Of a stretch of DNA of 64,000 bases, positions 1 through 12,400 are shown piece after piece. The notes under the pieces were generated by a model that saw only the letters and a list, made by a program, of their open reading frames with translations, was not told where the DNA came from and did not search any database. Numbering within the stretch: position 1 is the first letter of the stretch; each line of letters begins with the position of its first letter. Position numbers and translations under genes: made by a program. The DNA is from Eledone cirrhosa (Eukaryota): contig OZ024742.1 of assembly GCA_964016885.1 (NCBI GenBank), positions 72,850,001 to 72,914,000 on the forward strand. The letters are read 5' to 3'.

Positions 1-371
1 AAAGGAGTGGAAAAGATAAGACCAATGAAACTATGCTTTTATTAGTCTTTCCTTTGCTGGTACTATCAGCCAGTTGTCATAGTAGAAACGTCAGCACTTT
101 TCCAGAGGCAGGATTTGAACATAGTTTGCACAGAACTGGAACAGATACTGAGAAGCATCCCATCCAACCCTTTAACAATTCTGTCAATCTACCACCTATA
201 GACTGGTAATGTATTTATCAACCCTGAAAGGATGTAAAGCAAAGTTGATTTCAGGGGGATTTGAACTCAGAGCACAGAGAACCAGAACAAATACCAAAGT
301 ATTTAATATGACCAGCCAATTTGCTGCCTGAAAACCAGATAGATAGACAATATAAGAAAGTAAAAACTGAC

Positions 372-477
372 CACTGATAATGCACATTGCAAGACCAATT
401 GATTCTGATCTCAGACCAAGATTTCGTAAAGAATAATTTTGGATCACAATGCCAAAAGTTCCTGCTAATATTGGGCC
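372..477 (-). CDS. Exon 8 (106 nt) [35 protein letters not shown]
   Basis: Poly-T tract plus TAG acceptor, G|GTCAGT donor, phase 0 to 1; completes SPLM|GPI. Confidence 0.92.
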
Positions 478-3400
478 CTAAAAATAAAAAAAAAAAATGA
501 AAGTATACAAAGAGCCCATACAAGCATAGAAAAAGTAGACGCGATGATGATGATAATGAAAGAAAACTATAAAAAAAATAAAATAAAAACAACAAAGTAG
601 AAAAATGGTTTAGAATCAGTACACCACACAGCAATTTTTCATCCAACATTCCATGTAGGTGTCACAACAAAAAGTACCAAGCCCACACTGTAAAGTGGTT
701 GTGTCATAACAAAAAGTGGTTGTCATAACAAAAAGCACCCAGTACACTCTGTAAATGTGGTTGGTGTTAGGAAGGGCATCCAGCCATAGAAACCAAGCCA
801 GAAACAGTTCTGTGTGAGCATGACATGGTTACGTGACCCAACATGCCTCAAATAGGACAACCTGTCAAACCCATGCTAGCATAGAAAGTGGACATTAAAC
901 GATGATGATGATGATTCCATGTTCATTCATATCACATTTCCCTCCCTCCAGCATATATCAGCTGATGTACAGTTGTTCTTGTGAACTACTTTGTGCTCTA
1001 TTTTTTTGTAAATTAACATTAGACATCCAAGAGTCTATACTTGTCTCCATTTCTTCCAGGTACAACTGATCTTCTACATTTAATGCTTTATGTCATTCTG
1101 ACATGTAGTAATGGAGCTCAATGTGCAAAACACATCAGTCAAATCTCACTCAAATCACTCACTTATATCTTCAAAAATACTGGACAAAAATAAAAAAAAT
1201 TAAAACTATCTGATGGCAAGAAACATTCGATCATACATTTATCTGCTCTATCAGGATTGATTTAAGGTTAAGCAACAAATAGATGTCTTATACATGCTTC
1301 ATAAAGTTTTTTAGTTTACATGAACAGACAAACCCTTTGTAGCCAGTTGCTGAAATAAGTCACTTTATACAACTTTTCTCTAGCTCTAGCTATCATACTA
1401 TCTCTTCCTCTAGCTATGATACTATCATTACTGCCATCGCTGATACTAATAAGGTCATCAAGGTATCTAAATCTATATCATTTTGTGAGCCATCTGAACA
1501 GTTCACACATTTTACTACATGAAGAAGATGTGGTTCTCTGACCCATCAAGTCTCAGACTATGCTGTCCCATCCAAACCATATCAACATGGAAAATGGACA
1601 TAACATGATAATAAAGATAATGAGTGTTTTAATAGATAACTCTGTTTGTACATCTATCACATCCTTTTTTTTGTGTGTGTTTTTAAAAGCTTATTTGAGG
1701 GAGGAAGGGCAGTACCTATGAGACTAGTAGGAGAAAGGGAAGGAGGATGGTATCCACAGAGTCGAGATCCAGTGCGAATATTTTCAACAGAGTGAATTTC
1801 GTTAGAGGTATCCAAGGGCCAGGTGGTGATGTTAAACCTGGTGACAGATTAAGTATACCCTCCAAGGTCTGGGTGTTGGTGTTAAACTGAGTGACTGATT
1901 AAGTCTACCATTCAAGGGCTGGGTGGTGGTGTTAAACCAGGTGATTGCTTATGTCTACCATCCAGGTAGTGGTGCTAAACTGGGTAACAGATTAAGTTTA
2001 CCGTCCAAGGACTAGATGGTGGTGTTAAACTGATTGATGGATTAAGTCTACCATCCAAATAAGCCATAACAGGATTTGATTTGAACTTAGAACACAAAGT
2101 GACATGTGAAATACCCCAAGGCATCTCAACTAACACTCTAACAATTCTGCCAATACAACATCAAGGGCTGGTATTTTATTTTATCAAAGCTCCCAAAGGC
2201 AAAGTTGACTATGGTGGGATTTGAACTTAGAGTGCAGAGAGCCAGAACATTATTCAGTATATCTGGAAAGTCTCTGGCATAAAGTAAAAACAGATATAAA
2301 CAGTATGGAACGACCTTAATATGAGAAAAGACAAGAATGTTTCTCATCCTAGACCATGGGTTGTGATATGATAGGAAGTGTCTTATACTGGCCAAAACAG
2401 AAATACCTTGTAACAACAACAATGATTTCTTTATTAGCCACAAGGGCTTATAGAAATACAGTAAACATTATAAACATAGGGGTTACAATACATGTGAAGT
2501 TGGACAGAACAAAGTTACATAAAAACGAGAGTAGGGGAAAGGATGTTATACAATAGACAGCTTAATTTGATAAAAACACAAAATAAATATGTAACTACGA
2601 TGATGTGAATATTTTGTCTTGTCAAAGTTAATATCAGCTTTTGATTGATGACAGAACTGATATTTTATTTCGTGATATGACTGTAAGCTTATCACCATGA
2701 TAAGAATGCTTGGTTATATCTCATGCTTGATGTTTTCAAATTTCCTCTTTAAAGGTTTTCATGTTACATAAAATGACCTGTCAGTTCAGTTTGCCTGGCC
2801 ATCTTTAATTCTTTCATTACCATACTTTTAATGACAGTGACTATAATGTTCAAACAATTTTGAAAATAATCAAGAATTTGAGGGGATTTAGTAATATAAC
2901 TTTGTGACGGTTGTCTCCCTTGTTGTGACTCACAACCCCAATAGATTAACATCTAGACGGGAAGTAGAACCCTTTCTGTAACTTACGGTCAGAGCCCTAT
3001 AAAACGAATAGCCTTCAGCTCTCTCCCTCTCATTTGCCCTTCCGGCGCCTGGCCTTCGCCAGGCGTCTCGCGTTTGCCTGGCAATCAAAACGGTAACTAC
3101 TAACTTTGCTTCATTCTATCATCTATTACTTTGACATGTCAACTATACTGTTCTATATATATCCATGATTGTTAATTAAATATTATACACACAAACCATG
3201 TCTCGTTTTGTTACATTCATACAACCCAGTATCTTCGCTATATTGGTAACCCTGACGTGATACGAACACGCAGCCGTTCATCGCTATAAGTGGTCACCCC
3301 GAAAAAAGAAAAAAATAGCAGATCTGGTATTGTGTGAGTAACATTACGAATACACAGCAAATTTATCGACAAACTATGAAAATACTCAAGGAAACGCACA

Positions 3401-6400
3401 CACGCATATGTGAAATTTGCGTTCAGACAGACTTTTTCTCTCACGCATCAACTAACTGTCGCATTTCACGATATATATATATATGTTTCTCGTTTCTTAC
3501 AACGAACACTTTCAAAACAAAAAAAAAAAAAAGAAATTTGATATTTTTTAAAAAACATTTCAACAGGAACATTTATTTTCGATGAACCATTGCCTTTTTT
3601 TTCATCGTTTTCTTCATCGTTCAAGTTTTTTTTTTCCAAAGTTCACACCAATAATTATGCCGAGTGAAGCCTTTCTTTTTCATCATTGTCACTTTCACAC
3701 TTGCACTATCATTTTCTCACGCGTTAGAAATATTATTTTTTCAACCTAACTTATCCTTGTATTGGCACGTGTAGGCAGCACAAATTCTCAACTCACAGAG
3801 ATAGCCGCACGCCAGAGATAACGTTTCTCGCCAAGGATTCTTCAGCCTTAAGCTATATTCTCCTATTTGCCGGTTTAAAAATTTACTACGTAAATTTGCC
3901 GTTGAAAACTGCGCATTTATTCAGAATGCTTATTTCTTTGGTCGCTGGCCTCTTGACCTTTCCAGGTCAACGCATTCTCAACATCGACCATCAACTTCGG
4001 CTGCTATTTCTATCACTTTGCGCAACTCATCTTTTCTACTGTGAATTTAAACACCGAATACGCTCACTCCGTGAGACAACATCCACAGCAACACAGCTTC
4101 AACAACAACCAAAACCAGCAGAACAAGCCAGAGAATTTATTTTTGCAGCACTCTTCCTGTGAGAAAATCCATTCGGAGGCTGGAAATTTCACGATATACC
4201 ACAGAACAGAAACCACCTGCATTCATTCTCTGGAACACACTTTCTTTCCTGCTGTCATGTGATTGCACACCTGTGAACTATATTTTGTACATTTGAACTT
4301 TGAGCCCTTCTCTTACTTTATTACATTGTATCTTTGGGTGATGTATAGATAGATGTTCAGTCGTTCTCTGGCCAAGAGCGGTTGGCTACCTTGATATCTA
4401 TCATTGATTTTTGCAAACATTCTTTTGTCGTAATTTTCATGCCTGTTACAACATTCTCGCCAACTTGCTACATATTTTCATTCGATTTTTATATTCTAAA
4501 ATTCTGGCGGGAGGTTATGTAGCGGTTGTCTCCCTTGTTGTGACTCACAACCCCAATAGATTAACATCTAGACGGGAAGTAGAACCCTTTCTGTAACTTC
4601 CGGTCAGAGCCCTATAAAACGAATAGCCTTCGGCTCTCTCCCTCTCATTTGCCCTTCCGGCGCCTGGCCTTTGCCAGGCGTCTCGCGTTTGCCTGGCAAT
4701 CAAAACGGTAACTACTAACTTTGCTTCATTCTATCATCTATTACTTTGACATGTCAACTATCCTGTTCTATCTATATCCATGATTCATCATCATCATCAT
4801 CACCGTTTTACGTCCGTTCTTCCACGCTAGCATGGGTTAGACGGGTTGTCCTGTTGTGTGCAGTGTCTGGTCGGCTGACCATGCCTTGCTCATACAGGAA
4901 CTGATCTGGCTTGATTTCTACAGCTGGATGCCCTTCCTAACACCAACCTCATTTACAGTGAGTGCTGGGTGCTTTTTCGTGGCGCCTACACGTCCACTTT
5001 ACAGTGTGGGCTGGGTGCTTTTTTGCCGTGGCACCTCCACGACCACCTTGCGGTGGGGGGGGGGGGGGGCATATTGTTTATATGCTTCAGCATGTACCCA
5101 TGGGAGGTCGGGTACTCTGTATTACTGCATGACGCCAGAAGTCACGGTCGTGTGTCATTGCCTTTGAGAGGTGTAATTGGGTAAGGTCGGCTTTTATCAC
5201 CTCATCCCAGGTCATCTTGGGTCTCCCCACTCCGCGGTTTCCATCAACTTCTAGTGCTCTGCACCTTTTTATGCAGCTGTCATCCTTCATACGCATCACA
5301 TGTCCATACCAGCGCAACCGCCTCTCCTGCACACAGCATTTGATTCCTCTTATGCTCAGTCTCTCTCTCAATTCATTTATGCTTTGTCGTTCACGTATAT
5401 TACTGTTACACATCCATCGGAGCATGCAGGCTTCGTTTCTCTCTAATCTACGTAAGTCTTCCACCTTCAGCGCCCAGGTCTCACAACCATGCAACATCGC
5501 TGTTCGGATACACGCATCATACAGTCTGCCTTTCATTCTGAGGGAGAAGCCTTTTGCAACTAGCAGTGGTAGTAGTTCCCTAAACTTCTTCCATCCCATT
5601 CTTACCCTAGTTATTGTACTTTCTGAACACTCACCTCCGTTGCTAATTCGGTCACCTAGGTAGCAGAAGCTGTCTACTGTTTCTACAGGGCCCTCCCAGA
5701 GATTGGTGGTACTTGTTTCCTGTGGCTGTTTGCTGCTTGCTGTTTCAGCACAGCTGCTGCATGTGAATCCTACATTCTTAATTAAGCTTCCTGAGATCCC
5801 GCTACATCTCTTGTGTACCCATTGTTTGCATTTGGGGCAGAGAATGGAGTTCCTACCTACACCTTTCCTACATACTGAGCAAATATTATACACACAAACC
5901 ATGTTTCGTTTTGTTACATTCATACAACCCAGTATCTTCGCTATAACTTTCTCATTATTTTCTGGTGTTTGGAACGTAACTTAACAAAAGTTCTTACATA
6001 AACTTATGATGGAAAGATTTTAGATAAATATAAACACTTTAAAATATAGGGTCTTATATCATAAAACCAGGAACAGTTTCAGGTTGTTTGGTATCAAAAG
6101 GGTTAAGTTTAAGATCTTTCAATAGTCACAAACTTAATGTCAGGATGGACATAACTAGACACATCAATTAAGGCCTTCATTGTTTGGGTATTATTTTACT
6201 TATTCTGGATGTAGGTATTGTTGAGTGGTTAAAATATTTGTTTCACGAATCATGAGGTCTCATGTTTGCATGGTATCTTTGGGAAATGTCTTTACTGTAG
6301 TCTCATGTCAACCCCAGCCTTATGAGTGAAACTAAATAGATAGAAATTGTGAGGAATATTTTGTAAAGTGGTTGTGATGGCGACATGGCAAAAACGTACC

Positions 6401-9400
6401 CAGCCTACACTGTAAAATGGTTGTGTAGGTGTTATAACAAAAAGCACCCAGCCCACACTGTAAAGTGGTCATGTAGGAGTCACAACAAAAAGCATGCAGC
6501 ACACACTGAAAATGTGGTTGGTGTTAAGAAGGGCATCCAGCCATAGAAACAGTTCTGTGTGAGCAAGACATGGTCACCTGACCCAACTTGCCCAACTTGC
6601 TTCAAATGGGACAACCCGTCTAACCCATGCTAGCATGAAAAAATGGACATTAAACGACGATGATGATTGTATTTCTAATTCAAAGATCCAGCCTTATCAC
6701 ATATTATGTCCCACTGATTTGGCTTAGAAATTATGTTAAGGGTACATGTGTATGTGGAACTGTACAGCCACTTATTCATTAATTTAATCAATTGAATGTT
6801 CTGTTGATTGAACAACTGAAAGCTCATCAAAACCAATTACTGCACTATATATCTGATAAAGGCTATACAGCAAAAGAAACAATAACAACTACAGCTCACC
6901 AATAAAATGAATAAGCTGTTTAACTCTGTTGATACCAAACCTTCAACCATAAATTTAACAGCAGATAAATAATGAGAATGCTAGTTATATTACTAACTCC
7001 CTTCAAATTTTTGATTATTTTCAAAATGGTTTGAAAACTATAGGCACTGTCTTCCATTAGAAGTTCTATGATACAAAACTTCCCATTCTAACCCTTTTAT
7101 TTCCAATAAAGGGGTTATTTTTGAAAATAATCAAAATTTTGGAGAGCTTATTAAGCTGGTGTTTATAACATAATATAACAAAGATTCTAACATAAAATAT
7201 AAACACTTTAAAATAAATGGTTTTGTGTCATTGAATCAGGGGCTGTTTCAGGCAGTTTGGTATCAAATGTTCATATTTATATTGTCATAAAACCTTCTAA
7301 TGTAAGAATGTTAAAGTAATGTTTGCATGTCATCTTAATAATAAAATGTTAGTTGTTTTTACTAAATTCCCCCAAATTTTTGATAATTTTCAAAGTTATA
7401 TAGATAGATATTTCATTAGAAATATAGTAACAAAAAGGTTAAACAATATATCAAGACTTACCATCAATGGTGATATCAACATACTGGCTACCAAAACAAC
7501 TGAACTGTTTTCTACCAAACCAAGAACAGAAATCATACTGCAAGAATAGAAATAGAAATATTTCATTTCAACCTTTTTGTTATATTTCTCATTAAAATAC
7601 ACAACACATTATTTTCAATTAATTTTCAAAATAATAAAAAAAGTTTGGAGGAATTCAGTAAAACAACTTTGTCATTTTGGAATGGTGCTTGCCTGGCAAA
7701 TGACTTGATCTAAGACGATGTTGAAACTAAAGCAATTACACAGTGGAAGAGTAATTTTAGTCATTTAAAAACATACAAAAAATGTTACCTTATATTTATC
7801 ATTTATTTCTTAGTCTCAAATGTTTTCATTGCATTGTGTACGACATGGTCACTGATATAGTTTGAGTCATTATTGAGCTGATGTTTGGAGCACTACTTAA
7901 TAAAATATTCTTACACAAAATTATGTTTGAAGGTTTGAATATATATACATGAACTTTTTAAAACAGAAAGTTTTGTCTTAGAGAACCACGGGTAGTTTCA
8001 GGCAGGTTGGTATAAAAGGGGTTAATTTCTTTAGTTGAACTTATTTGGCAGGAGATTGCATGTTCAAACTAAAACAATTGCTTTTTGTAATACTCTTAAG
8101 TATTAGTCATTTAACTTTTTCAGGTTTTTGTCCGTCACAAGAGATGACTGATGAGGGAAAGGGTGATGACAAACTGAGAAAGGAAGGGGTGATAACGTCG
8201 ACTGAGAAAGGAAGGGGTGATAACGGCGACTGAGGAAGGAAGAGGTGTGTGTCTATATGTGTATCGATTTGACTACACACATTGACAGTGTGTTTGTATG
8301 TTTGTATCAGTTGCATGAGTGAGCACGAAGGAACCAACCAATAAACAAACATCTCTTTTTTTATATTATGTATACATATTACAATTAGCCATAATTTTTG
8401 ACGGCATGGGAGGGGGGACACACAGCTAGTCTATATTATAAAAGAGAAGCTGTCTGTCTCTCACAACATGTATGTAAGAGGAGGGGGAAAAGGGGAGGAG
8501 TGAAAAGTTATTTATTGTTGTTGAAAGAGAAACATAGTGAGAAAGAGTGTATGTGAAAGAGAGGTGGATGTTTATGATGTCAAAATGAGTGATGACAATA
8601 GACTTTAAAAGAGTTTTAAGTGCAAGTCTGTCAACGTTAGTTTCTATGGTGACAATACTTCTACTTTTCTGTCTTTTGTACACTTTCTCTCTCAACAACT
8701 TTTCACTCCCCACCCCCTTTTCTCTCCTTGGGGAAGTTGTTATTGTTGGGAAATAAATAGTGAGAGAGAGAGAGAGATAGTGTGTGTGTAGGAAAGATAG
8801 ATAGATAGTTTAAACAATACAATGATGTTGTAATAACAAATTGACAAATCTATCTAACAATGTTTCATGCACTCTCTCTCTCTCTCATTGTATTTCCCTG
8901 TCAACAACAGACTGTTGTTGTTGAGATAGAAATACAGTGTGAGATAGAGAGTGTGTGTGTATGTGTATGAAAATTAGATTTAAAAAAAAAAAAGACTCCA
9001 GCATATAGGCAACAAAACACAAACTTCAGAAAAAGACCATGACATTTGTCCTGGCACACTTTATATAAATATACATATGTATTTATACAAAACATATAGT
9101 TAATTATCTGGCTGTTTGTTTGTGTGTGTGTGTGTATTTTACCAGCAGTGCAGCAATGGGTTTTTACTAGTTTTTAATGAAAGACACTGCCTATAATTTT
9201 CAAATAAAAGGGAATTAGTAACACAACTAACCTTTTCACTATTCATCTGGTGTTTATAGTGTAACTTACCAAATGTTCTTACATAAAATTATGATGTAAG
9301 GTTTTAGATAAATATAAGCCCTTTAAAAAAAACAACTTTGCATTATAGAACCAAGAGCAATTTCAGTTGGTTTGATATCAAAAGAGTTGGCAGTATCGAT

Positions 9401-12400
9401 AGAGGGTCGGAGAACATGCTTTGCAGCACAGAGTTACGTCCCTTTACGGATTGAGTTCAAATCCTGCTGAGGTTAATTTTGCCTTTCATCCTTACGGGGG
9501 TTGATAAAATAAAGTACCCGTAATTTACTGGGTAATTGCTGGCCTTGTGCCAACAGTAGAAACAATTATTTTACATTGTCCAATCAGTGAATGATTTTCA
9601 CTCAAAATTTGTATCCTTCCAGTTATTCTATAGTCAGCTAAGCTGAGGAAATCTAATTAGACCAAAATATGTTCAAGAGTTGTCATGGTACTTACTAAAG
9701 ATCAGATTCTCTCCCTACTACAAGCCGCCACTTGAATCGTAGTCTGGATTTTGGAGTTGTCTTCCTTGACTTTTTTTTTTTACAAGAATTATCAACTCTA
9801 ATGATTTTAGCCCTTCATTATAGATATAATTTTGTTGATTGAACATTTGTTTTAGTTCATTATATTATGTATTTTAGACCCTCACTTAACTATCTGTTCT
9901 TCATATAGCAGTTAACACCAAATATAACACAGTGTATTGCTGCATCTAACAGGACTAAGCTCAACTGACGCAGATCCCACAGACCAACTAACTCTACCAT
10001 AGAACAAAACTGCAATTGCCATCACTGGGAGAAGTGCCTTCTGGATTCCAAATACCTAACTACCAATGTAGTATACAAATGCGAGGTCACCACAAGCACA
10101 CAGAGAAAAGCATACATAGGTATGATGACTAACACCTTCAAATTCCATTTCATGCAGCACAAATATTCCTTCCAACATCCAGAGAGAAAGCATACAACAA
10201 GCCTCTCCAGCCACCTCTGGCGATTACATGAAAATGGAATACCTACCAAATATGCTGGCCTACCATTACTAGGGCCTTACACTACACAGAAGGAGGAGGC
10301 CCCAGAAACTTTGCATACTGTTTGACGGACACATTAATGAATAAAAAATCTGAACTAGTGACCAAATGTATGCACTGCATACAAAAATCATACATACACT
10401 TCAAACTAACAGATGATTCTGGAAGCTAATGATCTACAACCACCAAGTGAATCTATTGGCATTTAAGCCAACGCAGTGACCTGTACCTGGACTAAGCCCC
10501 AATCTACACTGCTGCCCAAACATCTGCACTTCTCCTGGGAACCCACTTGCAGACACATACACTTTATCACTGGTTACAAACCAATATTATCCACTTTACC
10601 TATTTTTAAACCGCTATATTTTGCTTGATCTTATTCTATCTTATTTTATCCTATTTACTAACTTACTTCACCATTTGCTCGTTCACTTCTATATAATCCA
10701 CTTTTTATTTTATTTTATTAAAAATAGTCTTTCAGCCTCTAAGCCCTGTCTATATATAGCCTTACCATTCACTCCCTCCACCTATGAACATTATACCTCT
10801 TCACCTCCTACTCCACTAACCACCCCTACCCCTCTCACACTACCTTCTATTCACTCCTTGCCTATCCAGATACACTTAACATTCTCTGCCCCAACACTTT
10901 TCCCATCAGACCAGTTTACTGCTATGATAAATTTGACCAAAGATTAGTGACCTATTTTTACACACCCTACAAATATTACACACCTTTGAATAGGCTTGGT
11001 CAACATACAAGCCAGAACAACATTTACATGTCAAATACGTGTGTTTCACTGACAAAGTTTTTATTCACCTTAGAAGTTCATCAGTTTGTCATATTTGTTA
11101 TCTGACGAACAGTGAAATGTTCTTATTGAACAGATGTAAATGTTGTGAATTCAACCAAATTTTGTGTATATATATATAACCAAGTGATTGATTTGTGCAA
11201 CCAAAATAACACCAAACACACATTGAACTAGGAATATTGGATCCTCCGTCAATGTCCGGGTGAGCAAAAATAGCTTTCTATCTGCATTGGAATTTACGAA
11301 CTTGTGCATCTGCTGTGGTGTCAAAAACAAACGCGCATGACCGCACAGATAAACAATGGACCACACCACGTGGCTTGAACCCGTAAGTGAATTGAAGGTT
11401 CTGCAACTCTGATACACAGATTATTTATTATTAAGATGTATAACCTTGACATAACTATTATCATCTTATATTCTCTCAACTAATCACACTTGATCATATT
11501 ACTCTATCCCGTTTTCTCCCCCCATAATTATAATATTTTTATTATTATTTGAAAAAATCGGTTTTTTTACATTGTGTTTTCCCCTCCAAATATTCGCTTA
11601 TATTTCTTTATATATTCTCTATATATATTTTTTTATCTTTATTATTTCCACTTTTATCCTCCTTTATATTTTACCTTATTCTTACTTTTATACCTTATTA
11701 TAGTGTAATCTTCCCCATGCCTTATTATACACTATTAATTATAGATTATTATTATTACTCTTTTTCCATTTATAATTACCTCATGTACTTTCTCCTCCGC
11801 TATATATATATATTGTATGCCCTTTGTGTTTGTGTAGCCTCTGCACACCCTCTGCACCATACTATCGACGCCACCCCATCTATGGTTCAGCTAACCACCC
11901 GACTCCCGGGAATGAATATGACCGCAGCTAGTAAACAAGGACCCACACCCCACCCTCCCGCACCAAAATTAGACTTATCGTCCCCTACTTTTGCTCTTTA
12001 CTCTCTTTACTCTTTGTTCTTGAATGCTTGGTTGGTAGAGTCCATAACACCAATCAAACCCCTTTTATAGTTCTGACGAATCCTATGGTTACGTAAGGAA
12101 GAAACATTGTAAGCCAATAAAAATCTTTTGATGCTGTAGACGCTCTTGTGTTCTTTTTCATATATATATATATATATCATCATCATCATCATCATCGTTT
12201 AACGTCCATGTTCCACGCTTGCATGGGTTTGGACGGGAGTTTTCCCACTTGAGGCAAGAGTGGTTGTCTTGCTCGCATAGGACTGTCTGGCGGGTTTTCT
12301 ACAGCTGGATGCCCTTCCTAACACCAACCACATTTACAGTGTGGGGCTGGGAGGTTTTTACCGTGTTGCCTACACGGCCACATTTACAGCGTGGACTGTG

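Larger units (their letters stand above)
2903..5945 (+). mobile_element. Non-autonomous LTR retrotransposon (Gypsy-like): 5' LTR 2903-3242, internal region about 1.27 kb, 3' LTR 4518-5945 interrupted by an RTE
   Basis: Two roughly 340-bp direct repeats with about 8 substitutions; 4-bp TSD ACTT (2899-2902, 5946-5949); PBS at 3244-3261; purine tract GGCGGGAGG before the 3' LTR; TATAAAA inside the LTR; no gag/pol motifs seen. Confidence 0.9.
5950..9390. repeat. Cluster of degraded piggyBac-like MITE fragments (also about 2770-2900 and 52970-53830)
   Basis: Recurrent ends GGTATCAAAAGGGTTAA (about 6090-6106) and TTAACTCTGTTGATACC (about 6920), and a shared body TTCTTACATAAA..TATGATG..TTTTAGATAAATATAAAC. 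Confidence 0.5.

Noticed and set aside
1812-2058. CRISPR-like periodic repeat
   Set aside because: Whole units are homologous with no unique spacers, there are no cas genes, and the context is eukaryotic; ordinary minisatellite
3334-4262. Short ORFs inside the LTR element as gag/env
   Set aside because: No zinc knuckle, protease, RT or integrase motifs; non-ATG starts and homopolymer runs
5087-5923. 278-aa ORF as an independent gene or LTR-RTE fusion protein
   Set aside because: The first residues are a chance open frame in antisense LTR sequence joined to a truncated RTE
11045-11140. Hammerhead at the end of the Penelope relic
   Set aside because: CTGACAA, CTGACGA and GAAA-like words are present but I could not build consistent helices
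11549-12070. 173-aa hydrophobic ORF (also 251-649, 10621-10947, 28831-29058, 36003-36371)
   Set aside because: F/L/I/Y-rich translations of T-rich low-complexity DNA, with no motif or splice support
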